A stretch of DNA of 64,000 nt from an uncultured bacterium. Lineage in GTDB: Bacteria > Oederibacteriota > JAAXVQ01 > JAUVAV01. Made by a program: the position numbers and the translations under genes. Under the pieces are notes generated by a model, which made no database searches, was not told the DNA's origin, and saw only the letters and a list, made by a program, of their open reading frames with translations. Numbering within the stretch: the first letter of the stretch is position 1; every line of letters begins with the position of its first letter. This document shows, piece by piece, positions 30,927 to 40,801 of the stretch. The stretch lies in the NCBI GenBank assembly GCA_963710755.1, contig CAVQBK010000013.1, positions 320,001-384,000 of the forward strand, in the 5' to 3' direction.

Positions 30927-32888
30927 TTAATCCAAATAACCTTTCAATTTCCGGCTTCGGGAAGGATGGCGAAGCTTTCTCAACGCTTTGGCTTCAATTT
31001 GTCTCACCCGTTCCCGGGTGACATTAAAAATATTACCGACTTCTTCCAGGGTATGAGGATAACCGTCGCCAATGCCAAAGCGCAGACGAAGCACTTCCGC
31101 CTCCCGGTCTTTTAAGGTGTGCAAAATCTTGCCAATCTGCTCCTGCAACAGCAAAAAGGCCGCAGCATTGGCCGGCGAAACCACATCTTTGTCTTCCAAA
31201 AAATCACCCAAATGGGAATCCTTTTCTTCCCCAATGGGGGTTTCCAGGGAAATAGGTTGCTGGGCGATTTTTAAAATGCCTCTTACTTTTTCCACCGGCA
31301 TTTCCATGCGTTTGGCGATTTCCTCGGGCATGGGTTCGCGGCCCTGCATCTGAACCAAGTCACGCGATACTTTGATTAATTTGTTAATGGTTTCAATCAT
31401 ATGCACTGGAATACGAATGGTGCGGGCTTGATCGGCAATAGCCCGGGTAATAGCCTGTCTGATCCACCAAGTGGCATAGGTCGAAAATTTATAACCCCGT
31501 TGATATTCGAATCGTTCCACCGCCCGCATCAGTCCGATATTGCCTTCCTGAATCAGATCGAGAAATTGCAGGCCGCGGTTGGTATATTTCTTGGCAATTG
31601 ATACCACCAGCCTCAGATTAGCTTCCACCAGTTCCATGCGAGCTTTATAGGCCGCAGCTTCACCTTCTTCAATTTCTTTGGCCACGGCGATTAAATCACT
31701 GGTGTGCATTTCTGCCACCTGTTCCAGTTTATGCATTTGCTTTTGTTCTTCCAAATAGGCGTTAATCAGATGTTCCCAATCTTCGGCTTTGACTTTGGTA
31801 TCCCGTTCCAGTTTCTTCTTTTCCTTGGGGGAACTTTTCAGAATCTTCTGGATTTGTTTGACGTCGTCTTCATTAATACGCCGTCTATGCAACAGCCTGT
31901 CCATGTTCCGTTTGGTGGTTTTGACACGGTCTACAAACTCCTTGATTTTCCCGATCAAATCGGCCAATTCGTCCTGATTTAAGTTCACGTTTTTTAAAGC
32001 CCGAAAACGTTTGGCCTTGGCCTGAGCCAGTTGCTTTTCCATAGCCTCTTTGCCGGTGGCACTCTTCAGGCTTTTAATTTTACTCTCGATTTTTTTAGCT
32101 TTGACGGCCCATTCCAGAGCACTCTTGAGCTCCCGCTTGACCTTATTGTTCATATTTTTTTCAACCGAAGGCGGCACTTCACCTTCCAGGCTGTGTTTTA
32201 CGATCTGGATGGCCGAGGTCTTTTCGTGTACGATCTTATCATAAAGCAATTGAATTTCATTCATGGTGACCGGGGCTTCTAAAACCGCTTTTTCCACGCG
32301 CAGCTCTTGTTCCTCAATTTTTTTAGCCAGCCGCACTTCCTGTTCCCGGGTGAGCAGGGGTACTCGTCCCATTTCATGCAAATACATGCGTACCGGATCA
32401 TCGGAACGGGTTTCTTCAAAAGCTGGCTCCGGTGTCAGATCAAATTCGGCGTCCTCAAGTTCATTGACAATGGGGACTTCTTCTTCCAGCTCCGTGGCGG
32501 GCTTTTTGGATTTTTCCACATCCACCAATTCGATATCATGTTCCCCTAATTGGATGAGAATATCATCGATTTGGTCGGAGGATACTATTTCGGAAGGCAG
32601 AATATTATTGACGTCACTATAGGTTAAATAACCTTTTTTCTTGCCTTTTTCCAGCAGTTTTTCCACCTCGCTGGCGGCAATGGGCCCACCACTTCCCACC
32701 TTGCTCTTTTCATTGGATTCCAACACTTCCACTTGCGATGGTGCGCGTTTATCATCCTTCACGTTGCTTTTGGCCTTGGTTTTTGACGTTTTGGTTTTGG
32801 GTTTGTTTTTTGTGAGCCCTTTGCTGGCATTTTTATTTTTATTCTGAGGTGTGGAACTGATCTTGCTCTGGCTTTTGGATTTGGCCAT
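30927..32888 (-). CDS. rpoD: Primary RNA polymerase sigma factor
   Basis: Region 1.1, [71 protein letters not shown]. Confidence 0.98.
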   Translation of the reverse strand: MAKSKSQSKISSTPQNKNKNASKGLTKNKPKTKTSKTKAKSNVKDDKRAPSQVEVLESNEKSKVGSGGPIAASEVEKLLEKGKKKGYLTYSDVNNILPSEIVSSDQIDDILIQLGEHDIELVDVEKSKKPATELEEEVPIVNELEDAEFDLTPEPAFEETRSDDPVRMYLHEMGRVPLLTREQEVRLAKKIEEQELRVEKAVLEAPVTMNEIQLLYDKIVHEKTSAIQIVKHSLEGEVPPSVEKNMNNKVKRELKSALEWAVKAKKIESKIKSLKSATGKEAMEKQLAQAKAKRFRALKNVNLNQDELADLIGKIKEFVDRVKTTKRNMDRLLHRRRINEDDVKQIQKILKSSPKEKKKLERDTKVKAEDWEHLINAYLEEQKQMHKLEQVAEMHTSDLIAVAKEIEEGEAAAYKARMELVEANLRLVVSIAKKYTNRGLQFLDLIQEGNIGLMRAVERFEYQRGYKFSTYATWWIRQAITRAIADQARTIRIPVHMIETINKLIKVSRDLVQMQGREPMPEEIAKRMEMPVEKVRGILKIAQQPISLETPIGEEKDSHLGDFLEDKDVVSPANAAAFLLLQEQIGKILHTLKDREAEVLRLRFGIGDGYPHTLEEVGNIFNVTRERVRQIEAKALRKLRHPSRSRKLKGYLD

Positions 32889-32997
32889 AATTGCCCTTCC
32901 TTTAATTGGTGTGGCCTCGAAAGGCCATTATTCTATCCGATCTTGTCGATCAGTCAAGTCAATTATACAATCACTATAAAATGAGTCGAATCCGGGT

Positions 32998-34830
32998 TTA
33001 TCTCCAGGTCATGCCGATCTGTTTCATCTGCTTGGCCAGGTTAAATTTTTGTTCTTCCAGTTGCTTTAAGGTCTCCATATCTCCGGCGGTGGCAGCCTGC
33101 TGGATCTGTTCCTGAAGTCTGGCCTGTTCGGTTTTTAACTTGGCTGTCACCAGTCGCTTTAGACAATCGCTGATCACGGGCCATGGCTCTTCTTCGCCTT
33201 TATCCTCCTTGGCCAACTCGCGGGCATAGGCCCGCAGCGGTAGCGGTACGTGCTCATTTTCAAGAAAAGTCGGCAACCATTCCTCTTCCCCATCCGGGTC
33301 TGCGGCCGGCTCTTCAAACATGGCTTGCAGCAATCGCCGATGCTGATCCGCGCTGATCACGTCCAAATCCAGGGATTTTTTAACCAGTTCAATCTGTGCC
33401 GGAAAACGCAGTAAAATATTGAGCAATACCCGTTCTTCCCGGGGTATTTTCCCCTCAGGAAGAGAGGAACGCTCTTCCTGAACCACAGGCGGCGTGTCGG
33501 CCACCATCGGGGCAGCGGCCGGACGGCTGCTTTTGTGTTTACCGGCGGCTTTTTTAACTTCGTCCACGATGATTTCCGCTGGCTGACCCAACCGGGTAGC
33601 CAGACGTTTGCTATACTCGTGCTGTTCCAATTTATCTTCCAACTGCACGATGATGGCAATGACCTCATCCTTTATTCTGATTTTCCCCTCGATAGAACCG
33701 GGATTATATCGGCGGCAGGCTTGCTCCAGCATAAATTCCACAAAATGAACGGCCTGACCCAACGCGTTTTTCAGGGCTGCTGCTCCAAATTGACGAACCA
33801 CTTCATCAGGGTCCTTACCCTGAGTCAGAGCCAAGGCCTTGATCTTAAGATTTTCCTGATTGATCAGCTCAAATGCCCTCACCGCCGCCTTGAGTCCGGC
33901 TGCGTCTGTATCATATAGGATGATGATTTCCTGGGCATAGCGTTTAAGTAATTTGGCTTGGGCCGGCGTTAAGGCCGTGCCCAGGCAACCCACCGTTTCC
34001 GTTACTCCGGCTTTATGGCAGGCGATGACATCCAGATACCCTTCCACCAACACCAGCCGTTTTTCCTTGCGGGCCTGGCTCTTGGCCAGATGGAGACCAA
34101 ACAAATGATCACCCTTATGATAAATTTCCGTTTCCGGCGAATTTAAATACTTGGGTTCGCCTTGGCCAATAACCCGACCTCCAAAGGCAATGACCCTCCC
34201 CCGGACATCATGAATCGGAAACATTACTCGGTTCCGGAAACGATCATAAGGCTGAGCTTGGCCTTCACGCCGCAAAATTAACCCCGCAGCTTCCAGAAGC
34301 TCCGGCGAATAATGGTCGCGCTGGGCTGCCTTGAGGATATTTTCCCTTCCCGGCGGCGCATACCCCAGTTGGAAACGTGTAATCAAGGCTTCCTCAATAC
34401 CGCGATTTTCCAAATAAGCCCGCGCCGGATCGCCTATACCTTGGCGATGCAAGGCCGTTTGAAACCGTTCCGCTGCCCATTGGATAACCTCCAATAATTG
34501 CCGCCGTTGCTGATCGTTGTTGTTGTCTTGATGGGCGGTAGAGGTGGTTAACGTAATATGCGCTTGCTGGGCCAGAGTGGCCAAGGCTTCGGGAAAAGAA
34601 AGACCGTCTATCTTCATTAGAAATTCGAAGGCATCGCCATCCGCCTGACAGCCAAAACAATGATAGCGCTGCCGGTCGGGATCAACATAAAAACTTGGGG
34701 TTTTTTCGCGATGAAACGGGCATAGGCCTTTGTAATTTTTGCCGGAAGGTTTTAAGGCAACGACTTTGGAAACAATGTCCACAATATCGGAAGCTTCTCT
34801 GACCCGTTCTTTATCTTCCTGAAGGCCCAC
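32998..34830 (-). CDS. dnaG: DNA primase
   Basis: CPFHREKTPSF zinc finger, DRFRNRVMFPI, KYLNSPET, VEGYLDV, YDTDAAG, KDPDE. Confidence 0.97.
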   Translation of the reverse strand: MGLQEDKERVREASDIVDIVSKVVALKPSGKNYKGLCPFHREKTPSFYVDPDRQRYHCFGCQADGDAFEFLMKIDGLSFPEALATLAQQAHITLTTSTAHQDNNNDQQRRQLLEVIQWAAERFQTALHRQGIGDPARAYLENRGIEEALITRFQLGYAPPGRENILKAAQRDHYSPELLEAAGLILRREGQAQPYDRFRNRVMFPIHDVRGRVIAFGGRVIGQGEPKYLNSPETEIYHKGDHLFGLHLAKSQARKEKRLVLVEGYLDVIACHKAGVTETVGCLGTALTPAQAKLLKRYAQEIIILYDTDAAGLKAAVRAFELINQENLKIKALALTQGKDPDEVVRQFGAAALKNALGQAVHFVEFMLEQACRRYNPGSIEGKIRIKDEVIAIIVQLEDKLEQHEYSKRLATRLGQPAEIIVDEVKKAAGKHKSSRPAAAPMVADTPPVVQEERSSLPEGKIPREERVLLNILLRFPAQIELVKKSLDLDVISADQHRRLLQAMFEEPAADPDGEEEWLPTFLENEHVPLPLRAYARELAKEDKGEEEPWPVISDCLKRLVTAKLKTEQARLQEQIQQAATAGDMETLKQLEEQKFNLAKQMKQIGMTWR

Positions 34831-34986
34831 GCCATTGCCTCGACTTTAGGAGCCCCAACATGCCTTAAATCCAGGCTCCGGAGCATTTGAAATTGAGTTG
34901 AGCATGCTGATGAAAACACGCCTGCCAGGTACTGCTATTAATGAACTATAGATCCGCCCGCATTATACGCGGGCCTTGCTGTCATA

Positions 34987-35026
34987 AAACAGAAAAACAG
35001 CCCAGGCAATCAAGCCCGGGCTGTTT
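34987..35026 (-). terminator. Intrinsic terminator between rpsU and dnaG
   Basis: Minus strand AAACAGCCCGGG-CTTGATTG-CCTGGGCTGTTT followed by TTCTGTTTT. Confidence 0.75.
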
Positions 35027-35049
35027 GAAACCATGACAAAAAGAACTTA

Positions 35050-35235
35050 TTATGCACCGCGTTTGCGGGCTTTTTTCTTTGCTGCCAATATTTTTTGTTT
35101 TTTCTTAACGCTTGGTTTTTCGTAATGTTCGCGACGGCGCATTTCCGACAATACACCCGATTGCTGAACTTCTTTCTTGAACCGACGGAGGGCAGCTTCG
35201 AAATTTTCGCTGTCTTTTACACGAATTTCGATCAT
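35050..35235 (-). CDS. rpsU: 30S ribosomal protein S21
   Basis: [10 protein letters not shown]...[14 protein letters not shown]. Confidence 0.97.
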   Translation of the reverse strand: MIEIRVKDSENFEAALRRFKKEVQQSGVLSEMRRREHYEKPSVKKKQKILAAKKKARKRGA

Positions 35236-35302
35236 AGTCTCAATATCCCTCCCTTCTGTAATGATTTATTCTATTTATTTTTTGCTCCATTTAAAGCATG
35301 TT

Positions 35303-35331
35303 ATTTTATACTGCTGCCTTTCCCCTGTCAA
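35303..35331 (-). promoter_or_regulatory. Sigma70 promoter of rpsU-dnaG-rpoD
   Basis: Minus strand TTGACA-17 nt-TAAAAT. Confidence 0.75.
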
Positions 35332-35347
35332 CCGCTTTCATAAAAAA

Positions 35348-35704
35348 TCATCCCGGCGGCCAGCTCATCTTGCGTCCACCCAGAAGATGGACATGCAAGT
35401 GGTCCACCGCCTGGCCGGCGTCACTGAGACTGTTGATCACCACCCGGTAACCTCTGTGCAAATCGTGTTTTTTGGCCAAATCGGAGGCTGTGGTTAACAG
35501 CTGCCCCAATAACAGCCGGTCTGCTTCTTCCACCACATGCAAGGAGGCTATGTGCCGCTTGGGAATAATTAAAAGATGCACCGGTGCCTGGGGATTGATA
35601 TCTTCAAATGCCAATAGGTCGTTATTTTCATAGACTTTTTTGGCCGGTACTTCCCCCAAACCGATCTTACAAAACAAGCAATTGTGATCCACCATCTGCC
35701 TCAC
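35348..35704 (-). CDS. Histidine triad nucleotide-binding protein (HinT-like)
   Basis: CLFCKI, DINPQAPVH, HLHVHLLGGRKMSWPPG. Confidence 0.93.
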   Translation of the reverse strand: MRQMVDHNCLFCKIGLGEVPAKKVYENNDLLAFEDINPQAPVHLLIIPKRHIASLHVVEEADRLLLGQLLTTASDLAKKHDLHRGYRVVINSLSDAGQAVDHLHVHLLGGRKMSWPPG

Positions 35705-35751
35705 CTTCTCCCTGCTGTATTCTCGCTGCCCTGGTTGTGCTCGGGTCTTAC

Positions 35752-38112
35752 TTAGAAACCCACGCCATAGCGCAGATCCACAATCAGCTCGGTGTAATCG
35801 GATTGTCCGATCAAGGCATCCTGATAGCCAACACCGGTTAATGTCAATCGCAGGATCTGCTGATGGGGTAAATAATAAGTCCCCCCCAGATTGAAAGACG
35901 TCATGTCCGATTGCACGGTTGTTTTATCATCCTGCTGGTGAAACCAGTCCATGCCCGCCGTCAACGCCAATTGGCCGGGCAACAGGCTGTAATCCGCCCG
36001 CACGGTTAGGATCGTTTGATTCAATAGCCGCCGGTCCCAATTAAGTGGTGTTATTACGCCGTCATTGTCCTGTTGGCTGCGGGTCAAGCCCCAGCTGCCG
36101 GACAAGGTCAAGCCCGACACATTAAGGTATTGAAGACCAAGATTAATGGTCTGGGTCTGGCCATCGCCGGAAATTTTTACAACTGCCAGATTTTTCAGAT
36201 CCAAAAAGGAATAGGTCAAAGAGCTAACCAATTGATCAGAATTATTGAGCAGCCACAACCAGGTCGTACCCACGGATAAAGTCCTGATGAGGTTGTTCAC
36301 CTGCTGCAGCGCACCGGGCGCTTCGGTCATCTGATTATAAGAATAGCCCACGGAAAAATTCTGTAGCAGAGGCGGCAGGCGGTAATTGACCGAAGTGGTT
36401 AAAAGGGTCGTAGTCGTGGTTTGGTCTATGGCGGGATCAATATTTTTTTGTCCCTCCACATTGTCATGACCTGCTTTGAATTGCCCAAGTAAAGACAGAT
36501 TGTCTTGAAGAAAATTAAGCTGTCCGTCGCCCGTGACGCCCTGCCAATCACCGGACAAACCAGGATTACCCAGAGCTACATAGTTGGCGCCGAGCCGTTC
36601 CAGTTGGACCTGTATAAAGTTATTGTCCAGCCATTGCCACCGGTTGCCGGCCCGGTAAGCCTCACCCAGGGAAATATCGGTCACGCTTTGCCGTTCATCA
36701 TAATAGTCAACACCATATTCCCCATAGAGCGTGGTAGTAAAATCCGGTAGGAAAAATACCTTAAGGTTGCCTTCCCCGGTTAGGACGTGGTTTTGATGAG
36801 CCTCCGCCCCTGCCGGGACCTGGAGCGAATCGCGATTGTCCATAATGGAGGCATAATTAAGCGTCAGTCCCGTACCGGGCAGGAAATCATAAGCCCATTG
36901 CGATCCCACCAGCCATTGTTCATAAGTTCCCGGTTGGTCGTAAACTATATAACCGCCACTATACTCAAAGGCTCGTCCTTCGATGGGCACTTTGGTCAAG
37001 CCGCCCACCACCGTTAAGCGGCTATGCGCTCCTTGCGCTTGACCACTAAGCAGGCGCACGGCGCCTCCGCGAACAAAATAATTATACAGGGAATATTCGG
37101 AAAATAGCGGATATAGGTCCCCGGCTTGAATCATGACCTGGTGGTTAAAAGCTTCCAGAAAAAACCGGTCCGCTGGTTGCTGACCCGGGGTTTCCTCAGA
37201 ACTTAGGTTCATATGCCCGTTGATCCGCCAATCCGACCATTGCCCATAAAGATTTAAATCCAGTCGATTGAGGAATCCTTCCGGCTGGCGCAGAAAATTG
37301 GTTTGCGCCGGTTTGTCGGTCAATAAGGCCAATTGGGAGGAGGCTGTCATCTGGCCATGGACGCTTACCCCCGTGGGCTTGCTCCCCGGCGTTGGAGTTT
37401 CACCTTCCCGCTGGATGCGAAAAGTCCAAGTCGGCGACTTGCCTAAGCGGCCTTGTTCATCTTTAATTTCCACCCGCACGCCGTGTAGACCCGGGGCAAG
37501 AGATTCTGGGGCCACATAGGAAAGCATGGTTCTGGTTCGACGAACAGCATCCGTGACATCCTGCTCGTCAAAATAAAATTTTAAGGTGGCCATATCCAAC
37601 GGGCTGGCCTTGGCTTCCAGACCTACCACAATCACCGCTTCTTCCGGCGCAATCAGGGCGTCCGGTTCGGGTGATAACAATACCAATGCCGGTCCGCCGG
37701 TGCTGTCGGCCACGGTGACCTGGTAAGGATTGAGCGTGGCATTAAACATGGGAGCGGTGGTCACCAGGCCCGATTGGTCGCGCACTTCAAGATAATATTC
37801 CACCCCTGCCGGCAAAACCAACTTTCCCGGGATGGCTGCCGAGAACAACGAGCCTTGCCCCGACATAGGTACCTGCCAATAACCTAATGTGCCCTTGGTG
37901 CGAACGAACAGCAGGGCTTGCTGGATCCCCGTGCCCGTGGGATCGGTAATGGTGGCTGTAATCAATACCGGCTTTCCAGCCTCCGCCTGCACAGGCGGCT
38001 GATGAACAATTACCGGAGCCGCCCATGCCATATTCCATATCGCGGTGAACGCAACTAGCCAAAGACCGGTTTTTAGCACGCGCTGATCCTGTCCTTCCCT
38101 CTTTTTTATCAA
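35752..38112 (-). CDS. Secreted protein with N-terminal Ig-like domains and a probable outer-membrane beta-barrel
   Basis: Signal peptide (AWA), PVIVHQP...VEYYLEVRD Ig-like modules, amphipathic beta strands, C-terminal LRYGVGF (BAM-type terminal Phe). Confidence 0.7.
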   Translation of the reverse strand: MIKKREGQDQRVLKTGLWLVAFTAIWNMAWAAPVIVHQPPVQAEAGKPVLITATITDPTGTGIQQALLFVRTKGTLGYWQVPMSGQGSLFSAAIPGKLVLPAGVEYYLEVRDQSGLVTTAPMFNATLNPYQVTVADSTGGPALVLLSPEPDALIAPEEAVIVVGLEAKASPLDMATLKFYFDEQDVTDAVRRTRTMLSYVAPESLAPGLHGVRVEIKDEQGRLGKSPTWTFRIQREGETPTPGSKPTGVSVHGQMTASSQLALLTDKPAQTNFLRQPEGFLNRLDLNLYGQWSDWRINGHMNLSSEETPGQQPADRFFLEAFNHQVMIQAGDLYPLFSEYSLYNYFVRGGAVRLLSGQAQGAHSRLTVVGGLTKVPIEGRAFEYSGGYIVYDQPGTYEQWLVGSQWAYDFLPGTGLTLNYASIMDNRDSLQVPAGAEAHQNHVLTGEGNLKVFFLPDFTTTLYGEYGVDYYDERQSVTDISLGEAYRAGNRWQWLDNNFIQVQLERLGANYVALGNPGLSGDWQGVTGDGQLNFLQDNLSLLGQFKAGHDNVEGQKNIDPAIDQTTTTTLLTTSVNYRLPPLLQNFSVGYSYNQMTEAPGALQQVNNLIRTLSVGTTWLWLLNNSDQLVSSLTYSFLDLKNLAVVKISGDGQTQTINLGLQYLNVSGLTLSGSWGLTRSQQDNDGVITPLNWDRRLLNQTILTVRADYSLLPGQLALTAGMDWFHQQDDKTTVQSDMTSFNLGGTYYLPHQQILRLTLTGVGYQDALIGQSDYTELIVDLRYGVGF

Positions 38113-38225
38113 CTATCCTGCATGACGACCTTTTAGGAACTCGGTTGCAGAAAGAGATGTTTTGGTTTTCTTAAGTTACAAGACGCTTTTAGAGCCTGTC
38201 TGAACCATAGCCCATGGATTGCGGT

Positions 38226-38939
38226 TTATTGTTTATTGTAATTAATATTCAGTTGTTGTTCCCGGCCGTTCTTATCCATGATGTTTAATTTTAATTCTTT
38301 TTCCGTGGGTATTTCCACCACGCTTTCCCACCACTGGTCTTGCTGGCCCAGGTTAATTTTACGTGGTTTCTGTGGTTTTTGTCCCTTGAAGACCGTGCTG
38401 CTGTAAGAGGCACCTACTTCTACCTTGCCTTGCGGATTGTAAAAATCGACCAATCCTTCCCAAACCGTGAGCTGCACTTTTTCATCAGGATTAACCTTTA
38501 GCTCCAAAACCGTGCCTTTGATGGCGGCTACAGCCGATGGGGTATCGATTTCCAAAGGGTGCTTCTGTTTTTTGATGCTGGCCCATAACTGACCAAGCAG
38601 CAATTTTAACCGATTAACTTTTTGGTCCGCCTGATTATCAATCAAAACCAGGTTGGTCTTTTCATGTAGTTTGGTGATGCTGCCGTCATTCAAGACCAAG
38701 GCAGCCCGGGATAATTCCGAGGTTTTGATGAGATCGCCGCCATAAAGCAGCATGCCCTTTTGGGCATCGATCTCGTCCTTAGTGCCTTTTCGCAGCACTT
38801 TGACAATCCCGACTTTGACAATAATCGTAGCCTTGGCCTGAGCAGCTGCGGTATTCACGGCCTGTAGCCATGACGGCGCGGCCGCCAAGGTATAGGCCAC
38901 GGCCATCATTATGAAGAATAATGCCTTCCAGGATTTCAT
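38226..38939 (-). CDS. Periplasmic FecR-domain protein
   Basis: Signal peptide; LYGGDLIKT, LNDGSITKL, IDTPSAVAAIKGT, VWEGLV motifs. Confidence 0.85.
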   Translation of the reverse strand: MKSWKALFFIMMAVAYTLAAAPSWLQAVNTAAAQAKATIIVKVGIVKVLRKGTKDEIDAQKGMLLYGGDLIKTSELSRAALVLNDGSITKLHEKTNLVLIDNQADQKVNRLKLLLGQLWASIKKQKHPLEIDTPSAVAAIKGTVLELKVNPDEKVQLTVWEGLVDFYNPQGKVEVGASYSSTVFKGQKPQKPRKINLGQQDQWWESVVEIPTEKELKLNIMDKNGREQQLNINYNKQ

Positions 38940-39098
38940 CGTTGCCCTCCAATAGAACCGTTGTTAATTAAAATACCCTGCCCGCAGGCAATTGGTTACG
39001 AGTGGAATTTTATTTTATTTTATTTTTTCCCATTCATCCCGGGCAACCTGGAATTGGCCAGGCCAGAGCCCCGGGAATGAACGGGAACGTATTAATGC

Positions 39099-40112
39099 TC
39101 ATCGCGTTGAATCGAATTGCTGGCTTATAATTTTGGCCGAGCCGGTCTGTAATTGCTTTAACAGGTCTGCCAAATCTTCACTACTGCTGGAAACAGCCAC
39201 TGCCCGGTAAGGCTGCAGCCCTTTAAGCAAGGATGCATCGGTGATCACCTGTCTGACCACACGATCTGCTTCTTCCGGAGAAACGGCCGCGCCGCTTTGA
39301 TCCGGGGCCAGGAGTTTAAACCAGGAGATAGCGGATCGGCCCAAAGAGCCTCCAATGGGTTGACCAAAAACATCATAAGCGATCACTTCCCAAAAGTATT
39401 GCTTATCCTGCTCCAGAGCCCGGGCCTGGGCCTCATAGGTAATTTGGGTGGACGCCACCTTGGCGCTGCGCCAGTAGGTATTAATTTCCGGATCATGGTT
39501 GGGACTAACCACGACTTCATAGCTGTGCGCACTGGTGGCCGGCATCCAAGTGAAGGTCGGCAAAGCAGTATTGACCGCCACGTTCCGGGGAAAGATGGGT
39601 ACGGCCGGGCGGTTCAAGGCGGAGGAAGGCGTAAACAGAGCCAAGGCCACGGTGTAAGGCGGACCGCTCTGGGGCGGCAGTGGCGTAAGCACGATTTTAT
39701 AGTGTCCCATGGGTAAGACGCTACCCCCGCCGGACAGATTTAAATTTGGTTTATAAGCTTCATTGTATTGGGGCTGACTGTTACTCATGTCCATCTGGCT
39801 GGCATTGTAACGGTTTTGGCCGATCTTCAATTCCCCTACCCCAACATTAATCCGTGCCACCTCGGTGGCACCATCCTGGATGGCCAGAGAAAATTGCCAA
39901 TGATCGGCTTGTTCATCGGACAGGGCGCTGAGCATCACCACATTGGGGTTGACCACCAGCGGCTGGCTTTTGAGTACGGCATCGTAAATATCCAGCAGCA
40001 AACGGGGCGCCACGGATACGCCATTGATCTGAACCAAAGCCCGAGCAGACAACATTGCCGCCATGGACAGCAATAGCGCCAATCCAGCCATCGTCAGGGT
40101 ACGTTTAATCAT
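39099..40112 (-). CDS. Secreted hypothetical protein with Ig/Fn3-like domain
   Basis: Signal peptide; PTFTW...SYEVVV...LEQDKQYFWEVIAYD. Confidence 0.65.
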   Translation of the reverse strand: MIKRTLTMAGLALLLSMAAMLSARALVQINGVSVAPRLLLDIYDAVLKSQPLVVNPNVVMLSALSDEQADHWQFSLAIQDGATEVARINVGVGELKIGQNRYNASQMDMSNSQPQYNEAYKPNLNLSGGGSVLPMGHYKIVLTPLPPQSGPPYTVALALFTPSSALNRPAVPIFPRNVAVNTALPTFTWMPATSAHSYEVVVSPNHDPEINTYWRSAKVASTQITYEAQARALEQDKQYFWEVIAYDVFGQPIGGSLGRSAISWFKLLAPDQSGAAVSPEEADRVVRQVITDASLLKGLQPYRAVAVSSSSEDLADLLKQLQTGSAKIISQQFDSTR

Positions 40113-40148
40113 GGGAACAGTTCCCTCCTTATATTAGTCATGACCTTG

Positions 40149-40748
40149 TTAAAACAATTGAGCTATTTCCAAAGCAAAGCCTTGGGATCTCACTTTGGCC
40201 CTAAGCTTGGGTCCGCCGGTCCTGCCAAGGTTCTTGTTGTCTTCTTCCACCGCCAAGGGCGCACCGGTCAGGTCATAAAGCCAGGACGATAAAAATAGCG
40301 CAACGCCGCCCACAGCCAAACCAATGCCACGGGAAAGCCGGGTGGTATTGGAAAGATTATTAATAAGGGTTTCGTCACTGACGCCGCTGCCGGTGTTGTC
40401 TTGAACCACTGCATAAATATCGCGGCCGCCGTTGTACGCCATGGTCAAAGCTCCCAACTCCACCAGGAGCAATATGGAACCTGTTACCGGCCGGCCGGCA
40501 TAGAAGTGCCCTGACCCCTGGATCACGATTCCAGGAAAAGTGGCCAAAGCTATGGCTGTACCAGGATCTTTCATGGATGACGGGGACGCTGTTTGCGGCA
40601 GTGTCGAGGTTGTCGCAGCCGACCAAGTGGCGTCAGCCAGCAAGCTGCTGTTGGGAAGATCAGAGGAGGCGGCATGAAGGGACACCGTCAAGGTCAGGAG
40701 CATGGGGAAAAGCCACAACAAGGAAAAGCATGGTGCTTTTTTAGTCAT
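40149..40748 (-). CDS. Hypothetical envelope protein (TM2/DUF5683-like hairpin)
   Basis: Signal peptide, KDPGTAIALATFPG...GSGHFYAG, WLYDLTGAP, terminal Phe. Confidence 0.65.
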   Translation of the reverse strand: MTKKAPCFSLLWLFPMLLTLTVSLHAASSDLPNSSLLADATWSAATTSTLPQTASPSSMKDPGTAIALATFPGIVIQGSGHFYAGRPVTGSILLLVELGALTMAYNGGRDIYAVVQDNTGSGVSDETLINNLSNTTRLSRGIGLAVGGVALFLSSWLYDLTGAPLAVEEDNKNLGRTGGPKLRAKVRSQGFALEIAQLF

Positions 40749-40801
40749 GGTAACCTCAGGAAAAGTTGGTGTTGCCAGTTTAGTATAGGCCAGGAGCCTT
40801 G

